From Balanoglossus misakiensis (taxonomy: Eukaryota; Animalia; Hemichordata), in NCBI GenBank assembly GCA_040954595.2, contig CM082595.2:5668137-5732136 (forward strand): a stretch of DNA of 64,000 nucleotides, given 5' to 3'. Below the pieces are notes generated by a model, which searched no databases, was not told where the DNA came from, and was given only the letters and a program-made list of their open reading frames with translations. The translations under genes were made by a program, and so were the position numbers. Below, one piece after another: positions 1-13,136 of the stretch. Position 1 is the first letter of the stretch, and each line of letters starts with the position of its first letter.

Positions 1-2244
1 ACGACTTCAAATGTTGTTTAAAATAGGTTTTATCATTGTTGTACTTGTGAGGGTTAATCTTGACAATCTTTCGAACAAGCTGCAATCAGCCTCTCTTTTG
101 TGTTGTCAAACAATTTCAACTGGATTTGCAATGTGTGCCTCGACTGATAGAATTGGCGTCAGAAGATGGTTGTCTGTATTCTTTTTTAGATCACCCAATG
201 TGATGTAAAATGTTCGCGATGGCCGTGGTATTACATCTGGAATTATACCTCCAGGCAGACACACGCATGATCTGCTCGTCTAATCGAACAGTCACAAGTC
301 GAAAAGCTTGGGGGGTTTTGCACGGTACGATTACTGACGGTCCACACTACTGTTTCTTGACAGGCAATTGTGACTGTGTTTTCGAAGGTGGGCGGCTTGT
401 TCAATCTGGCCACAACGAGAAATTCAATCAAACACGTCATGTTCCATTACGCCTACCACTGGTTTTGGAGCTCGCACAGAGAGAAAATAATGATGACGTT
501 GCTTTAATACGCATGGGGATATCATAGGAAAGATGCAGAACGTATTTCAATCGAAAATAGTAACCACAGAACACGAAATATCACTAATATTTTTTTCGTA
601 AGCCTGCCTTAATAAATCATCTGTTTATTTCTATGCCACCATATGGGACACTGGTAAACCATATTCACGTTCTGTTCCTTTATCGTACAGATCCTCTTTT
701 GCACGAAGTGTTATAGCAGTTGACGCTCTCCTTCGTATAGATAATATACAAAACAGTAGTTTTCTGAAGGGGGGGGGGGGGGTCTCATAGGGGATTAAAA
801 TGTACTACTGTAGAAAGGAAGGTCATCCAAATGTCAGATATGCTAATCCCACGGCAACAAAAAGTAATTTGTTTCATTTCGTCTGCTTTTCCAATTTTGC
901 CTGTGGAGATAATGATCGTTAATGTATGTCTAATTTAGATGCAGATACGTGGGCAAAATCATTTAGGGCCTAATTAATATTCAGCTTTGATGCATTATTG
1001 TATGGCAAGACGGTGTTTAATCCACAATTTGAGAAACAAACTTCCTGATCTACTTGTATCTTGTTAGTTTCGTCATTCAATTCTGTCGATATTAAATGGC
1101 GTATGATTTTTGACAAGATTACGTCATCGACGTTGTACTTTTGAATTAAAAAGAATTACAATACACCAAGCAGCATTGATCAACATATGTATTGACATAT
1201 TGTATGTCTCTCCCTAAGATGAGAATCACAGGATGACAGGAAAGAAAAGTCATTCGCAATATTTCACTCATGTCCGTCAAATGCGCATATGAAAGAAGTA
1301 CTTATATGTATTTGTCGACTACAAACAGAGCAAGCTGACATTTTCAACGCAATATGTGATTAGCGCTTGTCAGGGAAAGTAAAATATCGAACACCGACAA
1401 GTCAATATATGTCCCGTGTTGACAGAGTAATATGCTTTGACATCCGGGGAGTTGTACCATCTGTCGTTTCTGTCATATCAATCAAAATACACGTTTCCCA
1501 TTCTGATAGCTTTTATATGGAATTGATAACAATGATTTCGCAGAATTGATTGACATATGTTCTGACTGATTTTTGCTACATTGGGAGGATGACGTTACAA
1601 GGTCTACGCAATTCAAACTTTACAAAGGATTGAATATCGTTTAACTGTATTAATGTTTGTTCTATCTCCTATACATACAATTACTTGGGAATGAAATTAA
1701 AATGTCAGAGGTCTCTCCTCTGGGAATTCTACCAAACTTTACATGATATCAAATTTCTGAAACCTGATTTTGACCTGTAAACTTCGGTATAATTAATTTT
1801 GAACTGAGTGAATTATTTTTACTGTGAATCCACACTCGTGAAAGTCTGGATGTGTTATGGCCTTCACACTCTTTAAAAGTAGGTCGGTGAATGGCAGACC
1901 AATACAAAAGACTATTCACACCTTTCGCGTTATTGAAGGTTATACTGTTAAAATGTTTCAGTCTATATGATCTAGAAGGGCGATAAGTACCTTGTATTTG
2001 GATCGTAGCATTCATTGGTTAACCGTTATCTCTAGTTTGCATTTGCCTTTATAATAACTGCAATGATTGTAGCGGGTGCTTCTGGGTTGACCGGTGTTCC
2101 CAGAGAACACCGGTAACCCCATAAGCATATATCCACCATACATTCCGTAATTGTCACGATTTTCTCAAAAATAATGTTGCGGTTTCGATTTCTGAGACAC
2201 GATGGAAGAAATCAGCAAGAAAAACCAGCTGCGACGATATAACA

Positions 2245-2320
2245 CGACACAGCCGACTAAAATGTAACAACTTATAGAAAACGTTGGCGCCATGCCGCTC
2301 GAGTCGTCGGCTGTCATTGT
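2245..2320 (+). repeat. Dispersed repeat fragment (second copy about 33958-34030)
   Basis: gactaaaatgtaacaa.ttat.gaa...ggcgcca.gccgct...gtcggctg shared between the two sites. Confidence 0.6.
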
Positions 2321-5300
2321 TACATTGTAATACGAATGCAGTTTATTCTTGGAAACTGGTGTACAGCATTGAATTAGAATTCGTTTCAGTTGTTACAATT
2401 TGGTCAATTCACATTCCATGTGGCATTATCAACTTGGAATTGGTTTCTTCCAGGAATGTCGTCTAATCTATTATATGGCAATCGATCTGGGAGATGGAAT
2501 TCCGAAACTTTCTTATGCAATCAGAATATAGCTTGTGGGGTGTGAGTAGAACGCGAGTACGCCATGCTGGAACCGATGCTGAACATGCTTATTCCATCTG
2601 TTCGTGGCAAATCGATGATTGTATGATTGATTCAAAACAAAGATTTCTCTTGTTGCAACTGGTATTTCTGAAGGTAGGTTTGGATAACAGTGAATGGTAC
2701 ACTATCACGTAGAAAAGAAAATCATTACACGAAAGAGTAAAAATATATCGGTATTCATGAGAGGCGGTATTATATGTCACTCATATGTCATCTGACCACG
2801 CATTCCTTGTACAATGGCAACTAAGCAGCCGCTGGGAAACTATCCACGAAGGACGTTCATTTGATTTATGCATTCTGGGCGCTAGTGAAGATTGGAATTC
2901 GTGCTGGTAATTGATAGACAATGAAGTGTAGGGGATTATATATTTAAACTTAATCAACGGACCATTTTGCAAAATGTCTGGAATTCGAAAACGGTCGCTG
3001 CGTCATCTTCAAGGTCTACTGAATATCATATGCACGTGATATTTATGACGTTTGATCATGTTCTGTAGCCCACAACCTATACATTTCCCAATGTAACAAT
3101 TAATCAAATATTCGGGTTATATTTCAAATATGCACCTAGAAATACACAATTATTTTGAGCAAAATGTATTCTGACAGTTTTCATGATGGAAATTACGCAT
3201 GCCCAGTAATTTCACGCTCGCACATTTCAGTGAAGAGTGACATTTAGAAATATTACGGTTTTGTTTGTTAGTTGTGGGGAGTTGAGATTCTTTATCCAAT
3301 AAACATCCACCTGCAAAACATATGGCGCTTAAACATTGCGTGCCGACCAAAAAATACGGAACAAACTAAAGTTATTGCATTTTAACATAGGGGTGTTTCC
3401 TGTAAAAGTACTGTGTAAAATAGCGTCTTTCGACTTCTAGGTCATGCTGCCTTCGGCATAATTTTATCGCGCACATGGCGTCGTTCAGTCGCCATATTGG
3501 TAACGCCCACGTTAGATCATACCCGCTTCTTGCGTGGGCGAACCTTGCACATGTACCCGACACTATCCCCGAGGATTGGGTATCACGTAACATAGAAACA
3601 AGCTACCGTAAAATCATAATTTTAGCAACACTTATTTCAGTAAGTGCTTCATATGAGTCCGTCTTTTCTGGAAATACACATGCAGAAAACACACTTTACC
3701 TTCCAAGCGCCTTACTTAGAAAGGTCAAAAGGTGACAGAGATATTACCAGCGATACCTGCACAAACTTAAAGATGTTATCCATATTAAGCGTATTGACAT
3801 TGTGTCCTACACCAAATATATCAATTCATAAGATGGATTACCCTCTCTAGCTCTAAGCAATGGCCTCTGCTTCACCAAACAAAATGACATCTTAATGCAA
3901 CCACTAAGTACATTGTATATCCACTTTCTTGGTAAAAATCGCAAAAAAACGTGAGCGCACGATTTACCGGTCTGTTTCTTAGATATTCTAAAGCTTGACA
4001 TCTTAACACGAAAATGACATCCGTGCATATAATTTGCTCCAGAGAAATCTCAATGAATATGACCTTTATGAATGTGTTTAATCATTCATAAAACAACTCT
4101 GTGCAAAGTGTTTTTCGTTTGTCCGGCTCTACAAACAACTAGAGCTCTGAGCGTTTCAGATTCTTCCAATTTCTGTTCTTTTTCGCATCAATCTCCTAAA
4201 GAGACATTCGTCTCGGTTTTCTGACTGTAGGTCAAAGGTCGCAGCTCCCTTGTGTTCACCGCCTCATCAATACATTAAATGCCCAACATCTCTTTGTGAC
4301 CCTATTATTCATCCTTCCCAAGCGGTTGCCACTCTTAAGGGGGTTGTTTTTTAATTAATTGATGTGATTCCGTTATATACCCATGTACATGTATTGATCT
4401 GGAGTACACAGAAATCCGTCAGCCGCTAATATAGATTAAAGCCCCAGTAACTAACTTTAGGCTACTTTTTGAGTATATTTATCTCATGCATCAAGTCCGT
4501 GTCTTGTTCTACTTTGGATAGCTGTATGCAATGACCCGTCTTCAGCGTTTTAAAAAAGCCTACGCGCATAGCAGCCATGCATATTTTACCATTGCCTTGT
4601 CGATATACCGTCGCCCAGGTAGCACGAACGCGAACATAGGTATGTGGTCTAAACAGTAAATAAAATGTCACGTAGCAGAGAAACGGGCCCGGAGAAATAT
4701 ACTATGTACTTACGTTAAGACGGATATGACGTGAGTGTGTTGAACAGGATGTGGCATTGATTGGTCACCTAGGGTGCTTGCATGTCAAGCCGATGGTCTT
4801 TTCCTACAATAAGAAAGTACAGGGTTAGGATTAGATTGCAGCCACACAATGCTTAAGATATTAAGTTCAGGTATTGACGTAAGCGTAAGTCTACATTCAG
4901 GCAGAAGCGCCTTCGGGTTTTATTAAGGTGAATCCTCAATCCCTGTAAGAAGAAAGATCAGTCCAGGATGATTGTGTTTATGACTAAGTTATTTGATATC
5001 GTGAGCTTAACGTTTTCTTCTCTTGAGATCTGGGGTAACCAAAATAAGACAGGCCAAAATGGAAATAACAATAATAGTTTAAAATATCAAGGATTGTTTA
5101 CACAAACCAATTAGCACCATCTACTCTTTCCCCCAGTACCTTTATGACACATTACTATGTCTCTTGTATTTCAATATTGAGTTTAAATTCGAATTTGACT
5201 TTTCATTCCATATAACAAATTAATTTAACAAGACATACAGCGACAATAAGACAGGAGGCCACTAAACCACGAGTTAATTAGTTCTGTACGTCAGCGATCC

Positions 5301-7694
5301 ATGAAAATAAAATCACATAATCCTGCTGTCTGACCTAATACATATCATACCATATAAACATCGGGCGATTCACTCATCATAGAGGGAGAGAAGGAGTGCG
5401 AAGTGGTTTCACTTGAATTACACCCGACTGATATGTCTGTCAAGATATCAGCAACGGAAATGCGAGACCTTGTTCCCCATGCAAGTCTAGTATGCAGACA
5501 CACTTCACGTTTAATGTACCAGGAAATTGACCTCGTATAAAGTTAACCTAAATCCTGATAGAGAAGGCTTAGCATTCAGAGCAACCACGGGAAACTATAC
5601 TCTGAAGAAAGTTGCGGGAACCACAAGTATACTCGTTTATGTGTCTGTTTTAAAGCTAGCTACAAACTATTTTAATATCAGTGAATATTATAAGGATATG
5701 CCATATATTTATCTGAAAAAAATGTCATTATCAAACGAACTGCTATTGATGTCATAATTCAGTACATTGATAGTATTGAAACAGCAAATGCCACTCATCC
5801 TCGAGAACATTAGTACGTGTATCACTTAATCTACAACTTTAATCATTCATTGGCTAATCTCTACATCTGCTAGTCTCTTTGTGAAGAGTTAAATAGGCAT
5901 AAACAACGGATACATCCAAAGACCATTGACTCAGATTCAAGTTAAGCGTATATTTCTGTCTTACAATTGAACATTATAGCACTATTCAAAATATAATTTA
6001 TTCACCATTGTTTATACTGTACCTCTGACATGTTTAGATAAATACGGGAGATGGAATGATCTAAGAAATATTCAGATTTGGTTTTTCAGTGGGGAGTAAA
6101 TGGGCCGCTTATAACCTAATTGGGCACGCTAATACCACACGGGCTCTTGAAGCTTAAAGGTGGAGTGAGATCTTTTGGATAAGAAAGTAATCATTTCCAC
6201 TTGATCTCGCTGCTTATCCCGTAAATAGGTCACGTTATAAATACTTGCTGTATGGAGTGAATAACGGTGATAACTGGCTTATTGTTGCATGAGTGGGGAG
6301 AACAAAGTCTGAAAATGATTAATCGCCGCTGGGCGTGCTTTTGCTTAAAATAGCAATGTCCTCGCACATGTGTGGGAGAAAATGGCATGCTGCTACGTCC
6401 AAGCTTTGGGAATATTTTAAATTTTACATTTTGAATTCAACGTTAAATTAGATGGAATAAAATCAACGATGAATAAAAAAATATTACTCTGGTAAAGATT
6501 CTACCTCCAGTTTACTTTTTCCTTTCAAATTATTAAGCTCGCGCCAGGAGTCATGAGTTTGATGTCGATATTACCTGAACGCTTTCCTAATTAAATAAAA
6601 GCGTTCAATCAATACTGGGAAAAGCGGTCTTTGAAATATCCGTGTAAATTTATCGATATCCGCCACGGCACCACAGGCTCCGCGTTCTGGGTTGAAAGGA
6701 CACGTGATGAAAAAAGTAAATGATGATCTTGCCGCAGTTTGCCTTCAGCGCTTCATGTACAACGTGTACATAATTATCCCAGTGAACTTGCCAAGTTTTA
6801 AATGGATACTCAACCCAGGAGAGTTGGCCTATATTCAGTACTTCGCACAAAGATTACAGGCTATTTTGCCATTTGCTAAAATTAGATTTCAGATTACCAG
6901 TAGCCATTAAAATTTACAAGGCGGTTCAATCACATTCGATCAGTATGCCGAGCCTATCCCAATGACCCCTAAATGCACTTAAGAAATCGCGAAAAATGGT
7001 TTCGGAGCGAGTATGCATTAACGCTTGGAATGTAACTTTTTCCAGTTTTGTATAAAGTCGTTCGTAATGTAATAAGATTATTCTCTCTTACAATTGAGAG
7101 TAAACATGAAACTTTTGAGTGAGAGAGCAAAATCGTCTAATGTTTTAAATTCAAAATGGTCACCATTCTCTCAGTTAATTTAATGAAGGGAATTTAATTT
7201 TTTATGTTAACAAAACTTTAATATAGCAAAGAATAATGGCGGTCTACCACTGACTAACGCGTGCGTCGTCGTCATGGGAAAGGCTAATACTAAAAGACAG
7301 GGGATTTCAATTAATCTAGTCAATGCGCATGTTAGTGTACTGACATGATATTCCACTTTGTCTGTTGTAATAGCCACGGGATAAAGCATAGCTACAACGT
7401 ATGAAGGGAGCCACTTTTATGCATATAGGATTGTTGCTGATCAATCATGCTACATAACATAATCGCACAATAGTCACATTGTTTAAGATACTATTCTGAC
7501 ATGGAATATACACACCAGTTTAGTTAATACCCCACGCTTAAAAACAGTATGGGATTATTAATACCATCCAACATCACTAACTATATGGGAATATCCTTCC
7601 GTCATCAAATATTGATATCAACCTAAATCTCTTTAAATATACTGCATCCTTGTATTCACCAACAAAATACACAGGCATACATTGCACAATTACC

Positions 7695-8110
7695 TTAAAG
7701 TGGAAGGGTCGTCCGAACTGCACATGTGCGACTTTTCTGTATACAAATACACCATCGACACTGTTCCCCCTGTTCAGGGACACCCTGCCAACAAAAAACA
7801 TGTTATATCAAAGTAAATTGGAAATGTGATAAAAAGTAACGACACATTATTTGCTATGATGTACAGTGTCATACAAAGTTACGACTACATTGTTTGCAAT
7901 GGTGTACATTGTAGCAGGTACGCTACAATGTAATACAAAGTAAATACACATTGCGATGATGTACAATGTAATACAAAGTAACCACCATATTGTTTTCAAT
8001 GGTTTACAATGTAGCAGTCGCCTTTTGCGCTTAGCTATTAAACTTGCTAAAAACTGTGTTGTATGGAATCCACACCTGCATTCGATGACAGGATGACCCC
8101 AACTCTATTT
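7695..8110 (+). mobile_element. Non-autonomous TTAA-flanked (Kolobok-type) element with internal ~62-bp minisatellite
   Basis: Starts TTAA|AGTGGAAGGGTCGTCCGAACTGCACATGTGCGAC; contains repeats of tttgcaatgatgtacattgtagcagttacgctacagtgtaatacaaagtaac; homologous to at least six other copies in the window. Confidence 0.75.
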
Positions 8111-9085
8111 GACTGCCTAAAAGCTTGTTTTCGGATGGTGCTTGTAATATTCTCAGATTCATCTCCTTGGCAACAAAACGTTTACACTTATGAAAGGTAT
8201 ACTCGAATATTTACAAATAATTATAGTCTTTTATCCAAAAGAAAATTTACGCAATATACGGCAAGCATGTTGGAAATTCTCAATTCAAAAAAGCATATCA
8301 TGAAGGATGTTGCGTGGAAGCCTATCAGCTTACGTCGTCTAAATCATTAGACCTTCATATTCCGAAACGAGAAAAAACGCAATTTGTGAAATAGAATATA
8401 CCTGTCCCATAGACACAGCTATCATAGCGGCAACAGTATCACTATAAGGTCAAACCTGGTATCATAACAATTGCAGGTCCGTGGAACACACATTAGCAGA
8501 CACGAAGACTAATGCAAAAAAATTGGAGTTTACTGAGTTTACTGGAGAAATTGATATTCCCTGTGCGAAAATAGACAGAGAGAGAGAGAGCTTTTACATC
8601 AGCCTGCTTTTAAGTTACTATAAAAACAATATAATTCGCTTAGACTAACACTTCACATGGTCAGAGACTTTTCAGGTTTGACGTTTGCGGGAATTCTTCT
8701 ATAATAAAATAATTTATCTTAAAAATCTATCGGCTTTGGAAAAGGTTGTGCGAATGAACGATTTTAAAATGCATCATACTATAATTCAAACCAATGATAG
8801 CAAAGAGATGCATATATTAAGATTATGTTGCCATTTCACATATAAAAACGGCTATTCAAAGGTAATGCAAATGAATTTCTTCCATTTATTCGCCGACTAG
8901 CACTTTAAACAGAGAGCCCGATGAATACTAACGTTCTTGATATTGCAGAATGCGGTCAATATACGCATTAACATCAACTGTGGTTTCGAAGTCACACCTT
9001 TGGGAGAGACATTGACTATTTACAGTCCACTTAGGGAGGCTTCTGCGTCAGGTCTGTCACCCGATACTGCTAATAGCGGACACAT

Positions 9086-9259
9086 AATTTCTCACGTATT
9101 CCCCCTAGGAAATGTGTTGCTAGGTGACCTCGTGTTTGTGAGTACAGCCATAAATCCAGCCTGATCGCGTGTTTGTGATGAATGCACAGCGCGCGTGTCC
9201 GCGAACTTGACGTGTGCATGTCAAACCACATTTCCTACAGGGGCATGTGTGGCAAAATT
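9086..9259. mobile_element. Decayed inverted-repeat (MITE-like) element
   Basis: aatttctcacgtattccccctaggaaatgtgtt pairs imperfectly with aaaccacatttcctacaggggcatgtgtggcaaaatt. Confidence 0.45.
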
Positions 9260-9444
9260 CATGTGTAAAAATAATGCAGGACTCTGAGTTATATTTTCAT
9301 TTGTGGCCTGTCTGTCTGATGTCAGTTAATACACACTAATGCCAGTGGAAGAAACGAGAATTGATAAACAAATCGTCAACACGCACAAAAGTTCATTTAC
9401 GCAAATTACTTTACACAAAATGCCATGACAGAAATCGCGTGATC

Positions 9445-9762
9445 ATTTAAGCAATAAAACACCCCCAGCCATGGTATACCACGAGATTTTGACCAGTTCA
9501 CGACATATACGCACGAGCGATAGCGAGTGCGTATATGGAGTTGAACTGGTCAAAATCGAGTGGTATACCATGGCTGGGGGTGTTTTATTGCTATTATATT
9601 ATGCCAGTATATTGAAACTTTGCATAAAACATTTTAAAAAGGCATTTTCTTTGACTATGATATATGACTGTGGTATATGGCTAATATATCACGGTCACGT
9701 GTCGTGTCTCGACCAATCAAATAGCGTGATTTACACCATCAATATGCTGGTATAATATAATA
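9445..9762 (+). mobile_element. 318-bp non-autonomous element with ~143-bp terminal hairpin, copy 1
   Basis: Palindrome 9450-9592 (agcaataaaacacccccagccatggtataccac...gtggtataccatggctgggggtgttttattgct) plus unique tail; near-identical inverted copy at 63145-63462. Confidence 0.85.
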
Positions 9763-10197
9763 ATCAATAATAATTTGTGACACATCTCAGAAAATTAAAC
9801 AATTATAGTTTGCTCAATAAAAACATTACCTTTAAGTCTAGTTTTCTGAGGCAAATCGGACAATGTTTATGCCAATCACAAGCAAGGATTCCAGAAGGCT
9901 AAGGAAACCCATTAGAGAGTAACAAGGTTCATAGTACATGTAGGTGTTACAACCACTTTCAGAGCCAATAACAGTGAATCTTAATCGCCACCATACACCA
10001 TGATGTCATTACCCCCACAATTATCCTCGTGATGTGTATCGGTAATGGACGCCTTAATTCCATGCCAAGTTAAGATTAATATGTAAAATATAAGCCCAGG
10101 AGATCATGCGATCGTCCGCCATCCAAACATTTGTCAAACCAACCGGGAGCATCTATTATGACTCTACGTAACTGGTTGCCAACACGCGTTCGTTAGA

Positions 10198-10527
10198 TTA
10201 AAGGGAGTGTGTCGCCCCAACTCCGGCTACGGGTACCGTTACGACACAGATGGTAGCAAGTCAAAAGGGGTAAGTGTAACTGCTACAATGTACACAATTG
10301 CAAACAATATGGTTGTTACTTTGTATTACACTCTAGCGTAACTGCTACAATGTACATAAGTGCAATCAATGTGATTGTTACTTTGTATTACACTGTACGC
10401 CGTTGAACACAATTTGTATAGCATGTACTTGTTGGCAGGGTCTTCCTGAATAGTAGGAACAATGTGGACGACGTGTTTGTAAACAGAAAAGTCGCACATG
10501 CGCAGTTCAGACGACACTCACCCTTAA
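10198..10527 (-). mobile_element. Same Kolobok-type family, inverted copy
   Basis: TTAA at both ends (10198-10201, 10524-10527); reverse complement of the family 5' end (gtcgcacatgcgcagttcagacgac) and of the minisatellite. Confidence 0.75.
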
Positions 10528-10964
10528 ATCTCTCAGATCAACACATCAGTAATGCGGAGACCTGCATCCACATTGACCTGTTGATCGCTTTAACACCATT
10601 TCGTATATATAAAGATACACACTTGTCGAAGTAACAGAAATAACCTAAAACATTTCCTCATGCGTCAGTAATGACGTCATGTTTCCACATCTGGCGTCAC
10701 AAAGCTAAATACAGGTGTCAGACAGCACATTCACGAGGAAGTGTTTCAGAGAAAGAAATATGCGTATCAGGGACATCACGTTCCCCAACCATCTACTCTG
10801 TTCAAGCTTGCCCCCCCCCCCCAAAAAAAATTGAATTAACCAGTGTAGCAATTTTTTAGCGCGATAAAGGGGCGCTGTGTGATCTCAACACACCAGTCTT
10901 TGCAATATGCGCGGGAAATACTGAACGACTGATCTATCAATCTAGTCAAGCAATCATTCATAGC

Positions 10965-10972
10965 TATAAAAG
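10965..10972 (+). promoter_or_regulatory. Candidate TATA box for paralog 1
   Basis: TATAAAAG in a CpG-containing patch, followed by a possible donor (ttgg|gtaaat, GT at 11135) that could splice to the 12257 acceptor. No transcript evidence. Confidence 0.3.
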
Positions 10973-12293
10973 GAACTGCCAGGCAGGTGTGGCGCGATAA
11001 TGAACTGTGTGGTCTTTGCATCTCGAGGTCTCGTGTCGCCATATGCGGTACATGTACATGAAAGAGGTCCCCCAATTGAGCACACCGTGTCAAAGTTTAC
11101 GGATGTGTTGTGACTGTTATTGATCGCTATTTGGGTAAATGTCACGCGCCCAATCACTCTCTATGAATGAACATGTTGCTCGGGTGGCATTAGCAACATT
11201 GTACAGTTCAATTGGTAAAAAACTCAAAAATTCCAGGTGCAATATGAGTAGTATTAGCTTATCTTGACATGCAAGTTTAAAATCATTTTCAGATGGTGCA
11301 CAACTGCAAGAGAATTTTATAGTTGCCATCCACATGACACAGAATTGATTCCCCTTAAATATAGAATTAAACAATTATCATGGTTTCTGTTATATGCAAC
11401 GGCGATCGTACAACATATCCTGGCTTATTTGTGATTCATTGGCCTAAGATCAGAAATTGAAAGGCCTACTCGAAAAACAGTTTACCTACAAGTATCGTTA
11501 TCCTGGATACGTGTACTGTTAACAGTTAAAGCAAAGGGGATTTCTGTTGCGCGCAACGTCGATCACAATGGATTTCCAGGGTAGGTTTTGATTTACGGCG
11601 CTGAATGTGATGCTTGTCATCCTACAGGTGCCCCTTTCACGTTCTCTGTCTTATGTAGGGTGCGCACCCAAGTGCCGTTTATCACGAATGCAAGGCTATA
11701 GCGACAGCGACGTTATGCTTAAAGGGTAGAGTTTATCCCATCCATTCACAGGATATTGACGTGGATGACAGTTTACGCTTATCAGCAAGGGCCATCTGCA
11801 TTCGGCATGATATTAACGACGGAACTGATCGCTGATTTATACACGGTGCAGTGTTCGAAGGGAACCTTATGTATTTTAATGACTAAAATTAAAGAGGCCA
11901 TCCCTTCTTGCACGGCTTGAACGTGCCAGAATTGTGCTGTTTCGTGTCTGCATCCTTCGAAAAGAAGATAATCTATGCAGTTATTGGCACTGGCCTACTT
12001 TGCTGGAAGTATCTATGTTCTTGTCGATTGAGGGCGACGTCTGCCATCGTATTAACAGACCAGACCTTCCAGTTTGTCTTTGATGAAAACTATTGCTTTG
12101 ATAATGCTACCGATCACGTCTATCGCCACAATGACCCTGATGTTAATTTATTCGTGAGGGTCACGATGTTGCAGGGAAAGTCAATTTTAGGGAAAGAACA
12201 TTTATCTCTTTTTCCAGCATAACAAACACTTCCTTTCGATTCTCATCTATTTCGCAGATTGAATGATTGCTCTCACAAAGCCGGGCAGACGTT

Positions 12294-13136
12294 ATGATAG
12301 TGCTCTTGGCGCTACTGGGCTCCATGACGTTCACCACCGTTGTCGCGGCCACGGGCTGTCCGGAACACTGCACATGCGCAGGTGACGCTCCCTTCTCAGC
12401 GGTCAACTGCACGTTTAACACCACCGCTGACGAGACCAACGGAGAGAGAAACGTCACCGATGAAAGGGAGAAAGGCAACCTCCCGGATGCAGAGCCGCAT
12501 CTCCCTGTGATGAAAACGACAAACACCTACATGGACCTCATTTCAAGTCACTGGAACTTCGTCACCAGTGAAAAGGACGAAAACCTCAACGAGGATATCA
12601 AGATCGCCATCAATGTTACCAAGGCAACAGCGCTGACGATCTCCATAGAATGGGTGGCATTGAACAAGAATGATCACAATATCATCGCGATGAAGAACAT
12701 CAAGGCCTTTGAGCTATCTTATCATATAGCGGGCAGTGAGAATGTAAAATGGACGTCGATATTGCCAAAGCCCGTCGAAGACACCAGGACAGGCGAGGAA
12801 AGCCCCGGGGTTTTCGAACAGAAAGTTCAGACGTACACCATCGAGATGCTCCACCCGCGTTCCAAGTTTTACGTCTGCCTGACCGCCATGTTGGAAAATG
12901 GCGGATACTCTAAACAGTATTGCCGAGTCACCTACACGGGCAGGGGAGACATAGAGACTATCTCGGACGGTGAGATAGACCTGAAGATACAAATCGGGGT
13001 GGCTCTAGGGTGTATCTTTGGAGTCTTTGTGCTCTCCTGCGTCTCCATGTGTGTCTGGATATCCAAGCAGCGATGCAACAGCGACACTCTTCCACCGAAC
13101 GTGCAGTTTGCCAGGTCTCCAGTCCACCAAGTGTGA
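12294..13136 (+). CDS. Single-pass membrane protein: signal peptide, LRRNT-like Cys cap, FN3, TM (no LRRs); paralog 1
   Basis: GC-richer uninterrupted ORF. First in-frame ATG at 12294 (in-frame TGA at 12264-12266); splice acceptor tctcatctatttcgcag ends at 12257. Hydrophobic leader MIVLLALLGSMTFTTVVA; CPEHCTC...VNC cap; FN3-like ISIEW...FELSY...LHPRSKFYVCLTA...YCRVTYT; TM IGVALGCIFGVFVLSCVSMCVWI; tail of about 24 aa. Confidence 0.85.
   Translation: MIVLLALLGSMTFTTVVAATGCPEHCTCAGDAPFSAVNCTFNTTADETNGERNVTDEREKGNLPDAEPHLPVMKTTNTYMDLISSHWNFVTSEKDENLNEDIKIAINVTKATALTISIEWVALNKNDHNIIAMKNIKAFELSYHIAGSENVKWTSILPKPVEDTRTGEESPGVFEQKVQTYTIEMLHPRSKFYVCLTAMLENGGYSKQYCRVTYTGRGDIETISDGEIDLKIQIGVALGCIFGVFVLSCVSMCVWISKQRCNSDTLPPNVQFARSPVHQV

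Noticed and set aside
189-527. 105-aa ORF and a nearby acceptor-like site
   Set aside because: No recognisable domain and no similarity to the FN3 paralogs; cannot support an exon.
1720-2015. Possible decayed CR1/L2 3' end on the minus strand
   Set aside because: Needs frameshifts and the similarity is too weak to call.
2085-2120. Short hairpin gggttgaccggtgttc...gaacaccggtaaccc
   Set aside because: No Helitron-type CTRR end or U-tract follows; probably a TE remnant and uninterpretable alone.
9471-9755. 94-aa ORF (and related ORF at 63406)
   Set aside because: Lies within the non-coding hairpin repeat element.
12267-12293. ORF-track start of paralog 1 at a TTG
   Set aside because: Eukaryotic gene; the ATG at 12294 gives a proper signal peptide.
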